From Nemertoderma westbladi (Eukaryota > Animalia > Xenacoelomorpha), in the NCBI GenBank assembly GCA_032718475.1, contig JAUCBJ010001846.1, positions 124,001 to 188,000 of the forward strand: a stretch of 64,000 nucleotides of DNA. Direction: 5' to 3'. The position numbers and the translations under genes are program-made. The notes under the pieces are model-generated. The model was not told the DNA's origin. It did not search any database and saw nothing but the letters and a program-made list of their open reading frames with translations. Of the stretch, positions 1-9,936 are shown one piece after another. The stretch's first letter is position 1; each line of letters opens with the position of its first letter.

Positions 1-2
1 AG

Positions 3-929
3 GCGGCTGATCAAACAAATAGCCCCATTATACTGCAAAGTTCAGCAGGGGCTCGAAAATACGCCGGGGCTGAATTTGTTCGTCACTTGCTTTTAGGCGC
101 ACTTGAAAAATGGCCACATATTCCGTTGGTTATGCACCAAGACCATGGGGCCTCCCCTGCGGTTTGTGTGCGTTCTATTCAGCTGGGTTTTTCATCTGTC
201 ATGATGGATGGCTCCTTGCATGAAGATATGAAAACCCCCGCTGATTTTGACTACAATGTTCTAGTTACATCCCAAGTGGTTCAAATGGCGCATGCCTGCG
301 GCGTTTCAGTCGAAGGCGAACTAGGCTGCTTAGGCTCCCTTGAAACAGGCCTTGCAGGCGAAGAAGATGGCTCAGGCGCCCAAGGGAAATTAAACAAAGC
401 ACAACTGTTAACCGACCCACGAGAGGCCGCTGATTTTGTTAAGCAAACAAAAGTAGATGCCCTGGCCATTGCCATTGGCACCAGCCACGGGGCCTATAAA
501 TTTAGTCAACCCCCTACAAAGGAGGTGTTATCGATTGAGCGTATTAAAGAAATTCACGTGCGAATCCCCAACACCCATTTGGTGATGCATGGCTCATCAT
601 CGGTGCCACAGGACTGGCTAAAAACCATTAATGAACATGGCGGGCAAATGGGCAAAACCTACGGCGTGCCAATTGCTGAGATTCAAGAAGGTATCAAACA
701 TGGGGTTCGCAAGGTCAATATTGACACCGACCTTCGCATGGCCTCCACCGGTGCGATTCGTCAATTTCTTAACGAACACCCCTCTGAATTTGACCCTAGA
801 AAATATTTAATTGAGGCTAAAAAGGCCATGAAAACGATCTGTGTTGAGCGTTTTGAAGCCTTTGGTACAGCTGGCTGGGCGTCTAAAATTAAACCCCTCA
901 GTTTAGGGGCGATGGTGGCAAGGTATTAA
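3..929 (+). CDS. fba: Class II fructose-bisphosphate aldolase (5' end outside window)
   Basis: Frame open from nt 3 ([22 protein letters not shown]); motifs [42 protein letters not shown]. Confidence 0.96.
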   Translation, partial: AADQTNSPIILQSSAGARKYAGAEFVRHLLLGALEKWPHIPLVMHQDHGASPAVCVRSIQLGFSSVMMDGSLHEDMKTPADFDYNVLVTSQVVQMAHACGVSVEGELGCLGSLETGLAGEEDGSGAQGKLNKAQLLTDPREAADFVKQTKVDALAIAIGTSHGAYKFSQPPTKEVLSIERIKEIHVRIPNTHLVMHGSSSVPQDWLKTINEHGGQMGKTYGVPIAEIQEGIKHGVRKVNIDTDLRMASTGAIRQFLNEHPSEFDPRKYLIEAKKAMKTICVERFEAFGTAGWASKIKPLSLGAMVARY

Positions 930-1025
930 TGATGAGTGCAAAATACTGCTTTCTAAGGTAGCTGCTATCCTTTACTCAGCAAACGAACATTTAGGCTTTT
1001 CAAATAAAGATTTTCGTTTGAATTA

Positions 1026-1051
1026 GCGTAAGGGCTCTGAATCCCTTACGC
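1026..1051. repeat. Perfect 9-bp inverted repeat (GCGTAAGGG-8 nt-CCCTTACGC); REP-like or terminator-like hairpin
   Basis: Seen directly about 95 nt after the fba stop; no U-tract on either side. Confidence 0.5.
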
Positions 1052-1285
1052 CCTCATCGTGTTTCATTATTGTGTAGATTGGGGCTGTTTTTAAATCTTA
1101 TCTGGCGATTAAATATAATTTGTGAACCACCTAAGTTTTGAAGATAAACTAAGGTTAAAATTTATATCTATCCATACGAAATAGTGATACAGTCCGAGCA
1201 CCGCAGCAAATCTATTTTTCTTAATTTGGTGTTAGGTGTACAAAAAGAAATTTTCGAGTCCTTGATGGCACAGCGATAGGAGAAA

Positions 1286-1758
1286 ATGATGAAAAAATTA
1301 ATTATAGTTGTTATTTCTTTCGGTCTTCTAGTTGGGTGTGCAGGCAGCGCAAGCCATAAAGTGGTAAGTTCACATCGAGCAGGAGATAGTAAACGTGCCC
1401 ACAAATTGATGTTGAGATTATAAAAGCACAAGCCGTTATAGACGGGGTCAACCGAAATAAGCAGGATGTTAGTGGGGCAGATGTAGTTGATGGAATATTA
1501 TGGTTCCTGTTTAATATGATCGCAAAATCGGGCAATTATACTGATGCTATTGATGCGGCAGATCGTCGCATTGGCGTTCTTCAATCATTGCGAAAGGATC
1601 AAAACTGCGAGGTTGTCTCAACAAAAAAACAAAACGCGGCGGCTTTAAAATTAAGCGAGGAACTCACAAAGTTGAACGACCTATATAAAACGGATGCGTT
1701 GACAAAAGAAGAGTGTAAGGTAGCGAAGCAAAAAGTTTTAAACAGTGTTAGCTATTAA
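1286..1758 (+). pseudogene. Frameshifted lipoprotein with C-terminal SHOCT-like domain
   Basis: AGGAG RBS, then MMKKLIIVVISFGLLVGC (lipobox); frame change at about 1391-1393 to TCPQIDVEII...; C-terminus ELTKLNDLYKTDALTKEECKVAKQKVL is SHOCT-like. Confidence 0.75.
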
Positions 1759-1761
1759 AGT

Positions 1762-1834
1762 GATTAACAGGATAAATGCAAGCGGGTCAGTAAAAAGCTG
1801 CTCCGTTTAGTTGCTAGTGATTGATAAATTAGAT
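1762..1834 (+). repeat. Degenerate attC-like (integron cassette) site
   Basis: TAAC core 7 nt after the stop, ATGCAAGCGG...CAGTAAAAAGC...TGCTAGTGATT, ending ATTAGAT (TTRRRY); alignable to 45615-45690. Confidence 0.5.
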
Positions 1835-2139
1835 TGATCATAAATATTGTGTGTGAGACTGACGCTAATATGATGGAAGGGGCATTGTTGTAGATTTGCC
1901 TAAAACTCACTGATTCTTTGTTTTTTAAAACAATGAAGGGTGTGCAGTGCTTTGGTGCTAAGAGTAATTTTCATTTAAAGGCTTATCAAAGCATTTTGAT
2001 TCATTGCATAGAACGCATCATTTATGGGCAGACGCTTTATATTCACCGATCACATGGGGGTTAAACGAATACAAAACTTACTATTAAATTTTCTTGGCGT
2101 TATTCTTCGAGAATTGTCTGCCTAAAAGTTGATCAGCCA

Positions 2140-2517
2140 TTAAATATCAATCACCTCATTTCTTTTAAACCAGTACAGCCAACCCATAAGCTGTAAACCT
2201 AGAAAAATGAGCCAGGCAATGATTTTGGGGCAACCCATTTTAGTGATACCTTTTCTGAACCAAATATCTGCCTGAAGTTTTTTGGTGCAATGTGTTTTGT
2301 AACAATAATCATGAATACAGGCTTCTATCATCCAAGCGCCATAAGGGGAGTATAAAAATCTAAATAGCCGAGGCACACTTGCCCCATCGAAACCAAAGCC
2401 TTTGGGTACTTCAAATTGTTTATGTTGGATGCTAAATTTAATAACATCAGTTGTTTCCATCCAAGCGCGCTTGTACCAGCGATCCGGTTTCCTGAGTTTA
2501 AAGGGAAAGTAATCCAT
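2140..2517 (-). CDS. DUF1353-like protein (phage-associated family)
   Basis: VPKGFGFDGASVPR...IHDYCY...ADIWF motif pattern. Confidence 0.8.
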   Translation of the reverse strand: MDYFPFKLRKPDRWYKRAWMETTDVIKFSIQHKQFEVPKGFGFDGASVPRLFRFLYSPYGAWMIEACIHDYCYKTHCTKKLQADIWFRKGITKMGCPKIIAWLIFLGLQLMGWLYWFKRNEVIDI

Positions 2518-2572
2518 TTTATTTAACGATTAATGTTTTGATATCATTTATTCTAATATAAATTAAGCGATT

Positions 2573-4753
2573 TTAATACATATCAATGGGATCAATATCA
2601 ATGATAATGCTGCCTTTGATGGCTTGCTTGGTTTTTTCAATCATCGGCTGGCAATGTTTGATTAATGCATGCAAGGCCGGTCGTTTATTGGCTTCAAGCA
2701 AAATATAATAACGGTAGTGTCCACTTACTTTCTCAAGTAATGCCGGTAGGGGGCTGTGAACGGTGATGTTAAGTTTAGTTGAGCTTTGCTCAAGGTGTTG
2801 AGCCAGTATGTTAAGCTGGTTTTCTAACAGCGATGGGTTGGGGCTTTTAGCACGAATCAATACATGGTATTTAAAAGGGGGGAGGTTGAAGCGTTTTCTA
2901 TCATCGAAAATTGGCTGTATGCACATATTGTAATGCTGGTGGTGTTGGGTAATATTTTGCCACAAGGGGTGTGCTCGCAGATGGGTTTGTATGATCACAT
3001 GGCCTTGCTTTTTGCCGCGACCCACACGCCCAATGAGTTGAACAATTAATTGAACAAAGCGCTCTTGTTGGTAAAAATCAGGGCTTAAAAGGCCTTGGTC
3101 AGCGTTTAGAATGCCACAAACCGTTAGGTTGGGAAAGTGGTGTCCTTTGGCGATCATTTGTGTGCCAATCATGATGCAAGGGTGGCCTTGTTTGATGTAT
3201 TCAATTGAATCTTTATTTTGTTTGGCTTGGTCTTTATCAATTCGAAGTACCGGCGCGCTAAATTGCTGTTTAATCATATTTTCAATGCGCTGGGTGCCAT
3301 AACCCAAGGGTTTAAGGTTTTGGGTGTGACATTGTGGGCAGGCAAGCGGGGCGGGCTCGGTGTGGTCACAGAAATGGCAGCGTATTTTTTGATCAAGGTG
3401 CAACACAATCGCTCGATCACAACCCTTACAATGGATGATATGCTTACAACTCTTACAATATAAATATTTGGCAAACCCCCGTTGGTTTAAAAACAGCATC
3501 ACTTGTTGCTGACTGGCCAGTGTTTGATGAATTTTTTGAATAAGTGCTAGGGATAAAATATGCCCCCCTTGCTTGTTCATATCCACAAGTTGTAGGCCAA
3601 CAGGTGTGTCGGGGTTAACTTTTTGATCAATACAGGTCATCGACCATTTATTTTTTTGCACATTGTAAAGGGCGCTAATATCCGGCGTGCCAGAGGCCAG
3701 CACAATGCCAATGTTTTGTTGTTTAGCGCGCATAATGGCACTGTTTTTTGCACAATAACGCGGTGTTCCATCGTTTTGTTTAAACGCATTGTCATGGGAT
3801 TCATCCACAATCACCAAACCCAATGCTTTAAACGGTAAAAACACAGCCGATCGTGTTCCAATAACAACTTGCACTTGACCACTTAAGGTGTTTTGCCAAA
3901 TTTGGTGTTGTAATTTATTGCCCAATCCGGAATGAAAAGTGACAGCTATTTGATGACCTAGCCGATTTTCAAAATAATCAAACAGTGCATGCGTGAGTGC
4001 GATTTCAGGCACCAAAATTAGCACCTGTTGTTGTCGCATCAGCATGTATTCTGTTAAATGAAGGTAAACTTCAGTTTTGCCGGCCCCGGTTTTGCCATTA
4101 ATAAGATGGCAGAAAAAAATGTTTTGAGAGAGTTTGGGAACAATAAAATCAACACTTTGTTGTTGCTGAGGGTTTAATTGATGTTTGTTTCGGGCTCCCT
4201 TAAAAATAGGTAGCTTGTCAGGCGGTTCATTTAATGGCTTTTTTTCGATCACCTTTTTTTTAATCAACGATTGAATGCTTTGGTGTGATTGGGGAAATGC
4301 TTGATAAAGCAGTTGGCAAACTTGTTGGTTGTGATTTGCTTTTAGGTAATTAACAATGGCGATTTGTTTAGAGCCTGTCAGTGTTGGGTGCTGATCAATA
4401 AGTATGAACTGATCTGATGTGCGTGTATTGGTTGGTTCTTTTTTAAGGGATGTAGGCAAGGCAAAAAATAACCCTTGACCGGTGGGACAATGGTAATAAT
4501 CACAAAGCCAGCGAATAAATAACAAAGTAGCGACGTTAATCACCGGTTTCATTTCAAGTGTTTCTTCAATCGGTTTGATGGTTTTAAGCGCTTCAGGCTT
4601 TGAGACTTTTTTGTACACAATGCCTAGGTGGCGACGCTTGCCAACGGTGACAATAACGCGGGTACCTATCATCAGCATGGCAGGGTGCTGATAGGTTAGA
4701 CATCCATCGCTGAATCGCGTATTCAGTGCAATTTGAAAAAAATAATTTTTCAC
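2573..4753 (-). CDS. priA: Primosomal protein N' (replication restart helicase)
   Basis: GKTGAGKT, DESH, four CxxC Zn pairs, IGTQMIAKGHHFP, GRVGR, C-terminal DIDP. Confidence 0.96.
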   Translation of the reverse strand: MKNYFFQIALNTRFSDGCLTYQHPAMLMIGTRVIVTVGKRRHLGIVYKKVSKPEALKTIKPIEETLEMKPVINVATLLFIRWLCDYYHCPTGQGLFFALPTSLKKEPTNTRTSDQFILIDQHPTLTGSKQIAIVNYLKANHNQQVCQLLYQAFPQSHQSIQSLIKKKVIEKKPLNEPPDKLPIFKGARNKHQLNPQQQQSVDFIVPKLSQNIFFCHLINGKTGAGKTEVYLHLTEYMLMRQQQVLILVPEIALTHALFDYFENRLGHQIAVTFHSGLGNKLQHQIWQNTLSGQVQVVIGTRSAVFLPFKALGLVIVDESHDNAFKQNDGTPRYCAKNSAIMRAKQQNIGIVLASGTPDISALYNVQKNKWSMTCIDQKVNPDTPVGLQLVDMNKQGGHILSLALIQKIHQTLASQQQVMLFLNQRGFAKYLYCKSCKHIIHCKGCDRAIVLHLDQKIRCHFCDHTEPAPLACPQCHTQNLKPLGYGTQRIENMIKQQFSAPVLRIDKDQAKQNKDSIEYIKQGHPCIMIGTQMIAKGHHFPNLTVCGILNADQGLLSPDFYQQERFVQLIVQLIGRVGRGKKQGHVIIQTHLRAHPLWQNITQHHQHYNMCIQPIFDDRKRFNLPPFKYHVLIRAKSPNPSLLENQLNILAQHLEQSSTKLNITVHSPLPALLEKVSGHYRYYILLEANKRPALHALIKHCQPMIEKTKQAIKGSIIIDIDPIDMY

Positions 4754-4825
4754 CTTCTTTGGAAATTAGGTTGATTTTCTCAAAGCCATTATTACATTTT
4801 AAGTAAACAACTAAATTTTTATGCT

Positions 4826-7381
4826 ATGCAATTCAATCAACTAACTCAGCGCTTACAAGATGCCCTAGGGGATGCACACACCCTTGCGTTTGAAAACAAC
4901 CATCATGCCATTGAACCCATTCATTTGCTTAAAGTTTTATGTCAATCAAAGGATTTTTCATCCTTGTTGGTTAAATCAGGTGTGAAGCTGGATCAGTTAA
5001 AATCGTTAACAGATGATGCACTCAAAAAAATCCCCAAGGTAACCGGCAGCACGGTTGAACTTCGTCCTTCGTCTGCATTCACCAACTTATTGCAATTAGC
5101 CAATCAATTGGCCAAAAAAAACAACGACCAGTATGTTGCCACCGAATGGGTGTATTTGGCTATGCTGCAAAGCAAAGATACGGTTAGCCACCTTTTAAAA
5201 CAAGCCGGTGCAGATGAAACATTAATGAAACAAGCCATTAAAGATTGGCGCTTGGGTAGTGTGGTGGATTCTCAGCAAGCAGAAGACCTTCGGGAGGCGC
5301 TTGAAAAATACACCCTTGATTTAACCAAGCAGGCCCAATTGGGAAAACTAGACCCGGTGATTGGTCGTGATGATGAAATTCGCCGGTCCATACAAGTGCT
5401 GCAACGTCGAACCAAAAACAACCCCGTTTTAATCGGTGAACCGGGGGTGGGTAAAACAGCGATTGTTGAAGGCTTGGCACAACGTATTGTTAATAAGGAG
5501 GTACCTAGTGGTTTGCAAAACAAAAAATTATGCGCTCTTGATTTAAGTGCGCTCTTGGCTGGTGCCAAATACCGTGGGGAATTTGAACAGCGTCTTAAGG
5601 CTGTGCTACAGGCCATTGATCAAAACGATGGTGGGGTCATTTTATTTATTGATGAAGTCCATACGCTCGTAGGTGCCGGCAAAACAGAGGGGGCGATGGA
5701 TGCAGGCAATATGCTAAAGCCTGCTTTGGCCCGTGGCACATTGCACTGTATTGGAGCAACAACACTGGATGAATATCGACAATATATTGAAAAGGACTCA
5801 GCACTAGAGCGACGCTTTCAAAAAGTGTTGGTAGAGGAGCCCGATACTGAAGCCACTGTGGCCATTTTACGGGGGCTTAAGGAAAAATATGAGCTGCATC
5901 ATGGGGTAGAGATCACAGATGCGGCGATCCTATCAGCGGCTAGTTTATCCACCCGTTACATTACTGACAGGCACTTGCCCGATAAAGCCATTGATTTAAT
6001 TGATGAGGCGGCTAGCCAAATTCGGATGGAGATTGATTCAAAACCTGAGCGCATGGACAAGTTGGATCGTCGTATTGTGCAGCTTAAAATTGAGCAACAA
6101 GCCCTTCAAAAAGAAACCAATGCGGCTGTTAAAAAGCGCTTCACGGTTATTCAAAAAAACATAGCCGATTTAGAAAAAGAGTATGCCAATTTAGCTGAAA
6201 TATGGCGTGGTGAAAAATCAATACTTAAAGCTACCAAACAATTAAAAGAACAACTAGATAACGCAAAATTAGCATTGGAAAAAGCCAAACGAGCGGGTGA
6301 TTTAGCGAAGATGTCAGAACTTCAATATGGTGTGATACCGACTTTAGCGAAAAACATTCAATCCACCAACCAAGAAAAAAAAGCGCAAATGACGCTGCTT
6401 CGCGATAAAGTAACTGATATAGAAATTACCCAAGTTGTTGCCAGATGGACAGGCATTCCACTTAACAAAATGCTACAAGGTGAGCGTGATAAATTACTAG
6501 AAATGGAAGCCCATCTTGGTCAACGCGTTGTGGGTCAAAAACAAGCCATTTGTGCTGTTTGTCATGCGGTGCGTCGTTCGCGCGCCGGGCTTTCAGACCC
6601 CAAGCGCCCTAGCGGGTCGTTTTTATTTTTGGGTCCAACCGGTGTGGGAAAAACAGAATTAACAAAGGCATTGGCCGCTTTTTTGTTTAATACGGAAGAT
6701 GCATTAGTTCGGGTTGATATGTCCGAGTTTATGGAAAAGCACGCAGTCTCGCGCTTAATCGGGGCACCTCCAGGGTATGTGGGTTATGAACAAGGGGGTT
6801 ACTTAACCGAAGCGATTCGGCGCAAACCCTATAGTGTTATTTTGTTAGATGAGGTTGAAAAAGCACACACGGATGTATTTAACATTTTACTTCAAGTGTT
6901 AGATGATGGCAGGCTAACCGATGGGCAAGATAGAACGGTTGATTTTAAAAATACTGCGATTATCATGACCTCTAATTTGGGTTCCGACTTAATTCAGGCG
7001 CAACATGGTCGATCTATTGATCATCAATTAAAAGAACGGGTTGCCGAGCATTTTCGGCCTGAATTTTTTAACCGTATTGATGAGGTGGTGATATTTAATC
7101 AATTAACAGCTCAAGATGTCACCCAAATTGCCACCCTTCAAATCGACTTACTCAAAAAGCGTTTGGCCGCCATGAATATTGAAGTGGTGTTTGAAGCAAG
7201 TGTGTTGGATTATGTAGTTAAAAAAGGATTCGATGTTCAATATGGTGCCAGACCCCTTAAACGAGCCATTCAAAAACATGTGGAAAATCCGCTAGCGCAA
7301 CTGTTGCTCAGTCAATCGTTTGAAGGGAAAAAATTGATCGCCAGCCAATCAGGTGAAACTATACGTTTTGACACTACTTGA
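4826..7381 (+). CDS. clpB: ATP-dependent disaggregase ClpB
   Basis: Two AAA modules ([16 protein letters not shown]), middle coiled-coil, GAPPGYVGY, 851 aa. Confidence 0.97.
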   Translation: MQFNQLTQRLQDALGDAHTLAFENNHHAIEPIHLLKVLCQSKDFSSLLVKSGVKLDQLKSLTDDALKKIPKVTGSTVELRPSSAFTNLLQLANQLAKKNNDQYVATEWVYLAMLQSKDTVSHLLKQAGADETLMKQAIKDWRLGSVVDSQQAEDLREALEKYTLDLTKQAQLGKLDPVIGRDDEIRRSIQVLQRRTKNNPVLIGEPGVGKTAIVEGLAQRIVNKEVPSGLQNKKLCALDLSALLAGAKYRGEFEQRLKAVLQAIDQNDGGVILFIDEVHTLVGAGKTEGAMDAGNMLKPALARGTLHCIGATTLDEYRQYIEKDSALERRFQKVLVEEPDTEATVAILRGLKEKYELHHGVEITDAAILSAASLSTRYITDRHLPDKAIDLIDEAASQIRMEIDSKPERMDKLDRRIVQLKIEQQALQKETNAAVKKRFTVIQKNIADLEKEYANLAEIWRGEKSILKATKQLKEQLDNAKLALEKAKRAGDLAKMSELQYGVIPTLAKNIQSTNQEKKAQMTLLRDKVTDIEITQVVARWTGIPLNKMLQGERDKLLEMEAHLGQRVVGQKQAICAVCHAVRRSRAGLSDPKRPSGSFLFLGPTGVGKTELTKALAAFLFNTEDALVRVDMSEFMEKHAVSRLIGAPPGYVGYEQGGYLTEAIRRKPYSVILLDEVEKAHTDVFNILLQVLDDGRLTDGQDRTVDFKNTAIIMTSNLGSDLIQAQHGRSIDHQLKERVAEHFRPEFFNRIDEVVIFNQLTAQDVTQIATLQIDLLKKRLAAMNIEVVFEASVLDYVVKKGFDVQYGARPLKRAIQKHVENPLAQLLLSQSFEGKKLIASQSGETIRFDTT

Positions 7382-7389
7382 TCAACTAT

Positions 7390-8625
7390 TTATGAAGGGG
7401 AGCATTTTTTAAAGACCAAAGCGGCATTATTACCCCCAAAACCAAAGTTATTGGTCATGGCCATATTCAATTGCTTTTGTGTGGTTTTTTGGATGATGGG
7501 AAAATCTTTTGCTTTGGGGTCAATATTTTCAATGTTAATTGAAGGGGCGATAAAATTGTTTTCCATCATAAGTAGGGTATAAATGGCTTCTTGTGCACCA
7601 CAAGCCCCTAAAGAATGACCCGTCATGCTTTTGGTGGAGCTAATATCAGGAATGTTTTGTCCAAATGTTTGTTCAATTGCTTCAAGTTCAGAAAGATCCC
7701 CAACCGGGGTGCTGGTACCATGAGCATTGATGTAGTCAATGCTGGCAGAATCAATTCCATCAAGGGCCTTTTTCATGCATCGACTAGCCCCTGTTGCGTT
7801 AGGTTGTACCATGTTTTTCCCATCTGATGTTGAGCCATAACCGATAATTTCTGCATAAATTTTTGCCCCTCTGGCCATGGCGTGATCCACACTTTCTAGT
7901 ATTAATGTGCCAGAGCCGCTGGCAATTACAAAGCCGTCTCTGTTGAGATCATAAGGTCTTGAGGCAATTTCAGGGGTATCGTTGTACTTTCTTGAAAGCG
8001 CGCCCATGGCATCAAATGGGGAGGCAAATGTATATTGCAGTTCATCAGCACCCACTGCGATGATTATATCTTGTCGATTGTCTTGTATAGCTTGAAAGCC
8101 TAATCCAATGGCATGTGTTGAGCTTGCGCAAGCGGCTGATACAGACAAACCAATGCCGTTGATTTCAAACATGGTGCATATGTTGGCACTAACGGAACTG
8201 CTCATCATTTTGGGCACACCAAACGCTGATAAGCTCTTAAAGCCTTCAGTATTTAGAGCATGGGCTTGATCGTGTATAAATTTGGTTGGAGTGCCCCCCG
8301 CACCACAAATACTTCCAACATTGGGTTTATTAGCAATAGCTTGCTTATCAATGCCGGCGTCTTCTAAGGCAGATAGGGTTGATAATGCAGCATAAATTGA
8401 ACCCTCTGCCATGAATCGGCGGTATTTTCGATGTATTTTTTGTGAAACGATAGCAGCATCTAAGGGTGCTTTTCCGGACACAAGTGAGAGCAATTTTCTT
8501 TCTTTGAATTCCTCATCAAATTTAATACCACTTTTACCTGTTTTTAATGAATGCAGTACGTCAATTTTGCTACTTCCAATATTAGAGCAGATACCAATTC
8601 CGGTGACGACAACGCGTTTTTTCAT
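7390..8625 (-). CDS. fabB: Beta-ketoacyl-ACP synthase I
   Basis: SAACASS, NAHGTST, GHSLGA, NNFGFGG; directly downstream of fabA. Confidence 0.9.
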   Translation of the reverse strand: MKKRVVVTGIGICSNIGSSKIDVLHSLKTGKSGIKFDEEFKERKLLSLVSGKAPLDAAIVSQKIHRKYRRFMAEGSIYAALSTLSALEDAGIDKQAIANKPNVGSICGAGGTPTKFIHDQAHALNTEGFKSLSAFGVPKMMSSSVSANICTMFEINGIGLSVSAACASSTHAIGLGFQAIQDNRQDIIIAVGADELQYTFASPFDAMGALSRKYNDTPEIASRPYDLNRDGFVIASGSGTLILESVDHAMARGAKIYAEIIGYGSTSDGKNMVQPNATGASRCMKKALDGIDSASIDYINAHGTSTPVGDLSELEAIEQTFGQNIPDISSTKSMTGHSLGACGAQEAIYTLLMMENNFIAPSINIENIDPKAKDFPIIQKTTQKQLNMAMTNNFGFGGNNAALVFKKCSPS

Positions 8626-8633
8626 ATATATTT

Positions 8634-9128
8634 TTATTGTTTAAATAGCCCAACTTTAAGTCTTTTGGCTTTATAAATCAAGCAACCATCGCACCACAGC
8701 TGGCCATCTGCACATATAAGTGCTTGACCAGAGCGCTCCATGATTTTTTCGATATCAATTTTGTAAGTTACCAGCTTTTTATCAGGGGTAACCTCACCTT
8801 TGAATGAAACATCACCACAGCCCAAAGCACGACCTTTCCCCACTTGTTTGGTTTGACCAAAGTAAAAGCCAACCAGTTGCCACATACCATCTAACCCTAA
8901 ACAGCCCGGCATGACAGGGTCTTCAATAAAATGACATTTAAAAAACCACGCATCGGGTGATACATCAAGTTCAGCTTCAATATAGCCTTGTTGATATTTA
9001 CCAGCCTTTTCCTCGAATGCAGTTATTCGATCAAACATCAGCATCGGGGGTGTGGGTAGTTTGGGGCCATCTACCACAAAGCCTTGTTGGCCAATATTGA
9101 GAATACGCTCTTTACTATATCGTGCCAT
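8634..9128 (-). CDS. fabA: 3-hydroxydecanoyl-ACP dehydratase/isomerase
   Basis: LPTPPMLMFDRI, WFFKCHFIEDPVMPGCLGLD. Confidence 0.95.
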   Translation of the reverse strand: MARYSKERILNIGQQGFVVDGPKLPTPPMLMFDRITAFEEKAGKYQQGYIEAELDVSPDAWFFKCHFIEDPVMPGCLGLDGMWQLVGFYFGQTKQVGKGRALGCGDVSFKGEVTPDKKLVTYKIDIEKIMERSGQALICADGQLWCDGCLIYKAKRLKVGLFKQ

Positions 9129-9210
9129 ATTATTTTTATTAAACGTTAACTTATTGGCAATCTAAAATCAGGTATTATAACACATTATAAATACATGGAT
9201 TTTTATTTCT

Positions 9211-9936
9211 ATGACATTGATGCTTGATATTGGTAACACAACAATCGCTTGGCTTTGGGTTGATCAAAAGGGCGTATTTTCTTCCATTTACCGAGCCAAT
9301 CACGGTGATTATAGCAAGCTGACTCAACAGCTTGGCTTGTATCAATGGGAAGCTGCTTACATTGCCAATGTGTCGGGGTGTGAGTGCTTAGCGGCTTGTG
9401 TGGAACTTTTAAAGGATCGCCCTATTTACTTGTGTAAAGCAAGTAGGCGTTGTGGGGAGCTGAGAAATGGCTATAAGGATTATCAAGCCTTGGGGGTAGA
9501 TCGTTGGTTAGGTATGGTAGGTGTTTGGCAAAAAAATGGTGCTAAGGGCCCTTTTTATTTAATTGATGTAGGCACAACCACCACCATTGATTATGTGGAT
9601 GAAGTGAGTCAGCACCAAGGGGGGTTTATTTTGCCGAGTCACACGGCTTACTTAGGCGCCATTTTTACCAAAACAACGCTAAGCCCATCCGGTCACATCC
9701 TTGAAAAAACCGATTTGTTGGGTTTTGGTCGCACAACTGGTCAAGGTATTAATGGAGGGTACTTTCAGTTAATTAGCACCTGCCTAAAATTGGGCGATAT
9801 GTCGGCACCTATTTATTTATCAGGGGGAAATTTAGAGACCATTAAGGCAATTTTACCGACTGATCGGTTGATTGAATTACCAATCGCCCTATTTTTAGGT
9901 ATGCAACATCGGGGTGTTAGGTGGCAAAAATATTGA
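9211..9936 (+). CDS. coaX: Type III pantothenate kinase
   Basis: LDIGNT, LGVDRW, IDVGTTTTID, HQGGFILP. Confidence 0.88.
   Translation: MTLMLDIGNTTIAWLWVDQKGVFSSIYRANHGDYSKLTQQLGLYQWEAAYIANVSGCECLAACVELLKDRPIYLCKASRRCGELRNGYKDYQALGVDRWLGMVGVWQKNGAKGPFYLIDVGTTTTIDYVDEVSQHQGGFILPSHTAYLGAIFTKTTLSPSGHILEKTDLLGFGRTTGQGINGGYFQLISTCLKLGDMSAPIYLSGGNLETIKAILPTDRLIELPIALFLGMQHRGVRWQKY

Noticed and set aside
3-929. fba as evidence for Calvin-cycle autotrophy
   Set aside because: This class II subtype is common in heterotrophic proteobacteria, and no cbb genes are present.
1129-1237. Complete attC formed by ACCTAAG...GTTAGGT
   Set aside because: The outer cores nearly pair, but I could not find convincing inner L''/L' arms.
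4754-4825. Sigma32 promoter or CIRCE upstream of clpB
   Set aside because: No adequate match to CTTGAA-N13-15-CCCCAT or TTAGCACTC-N9-GAGTGCTAA.
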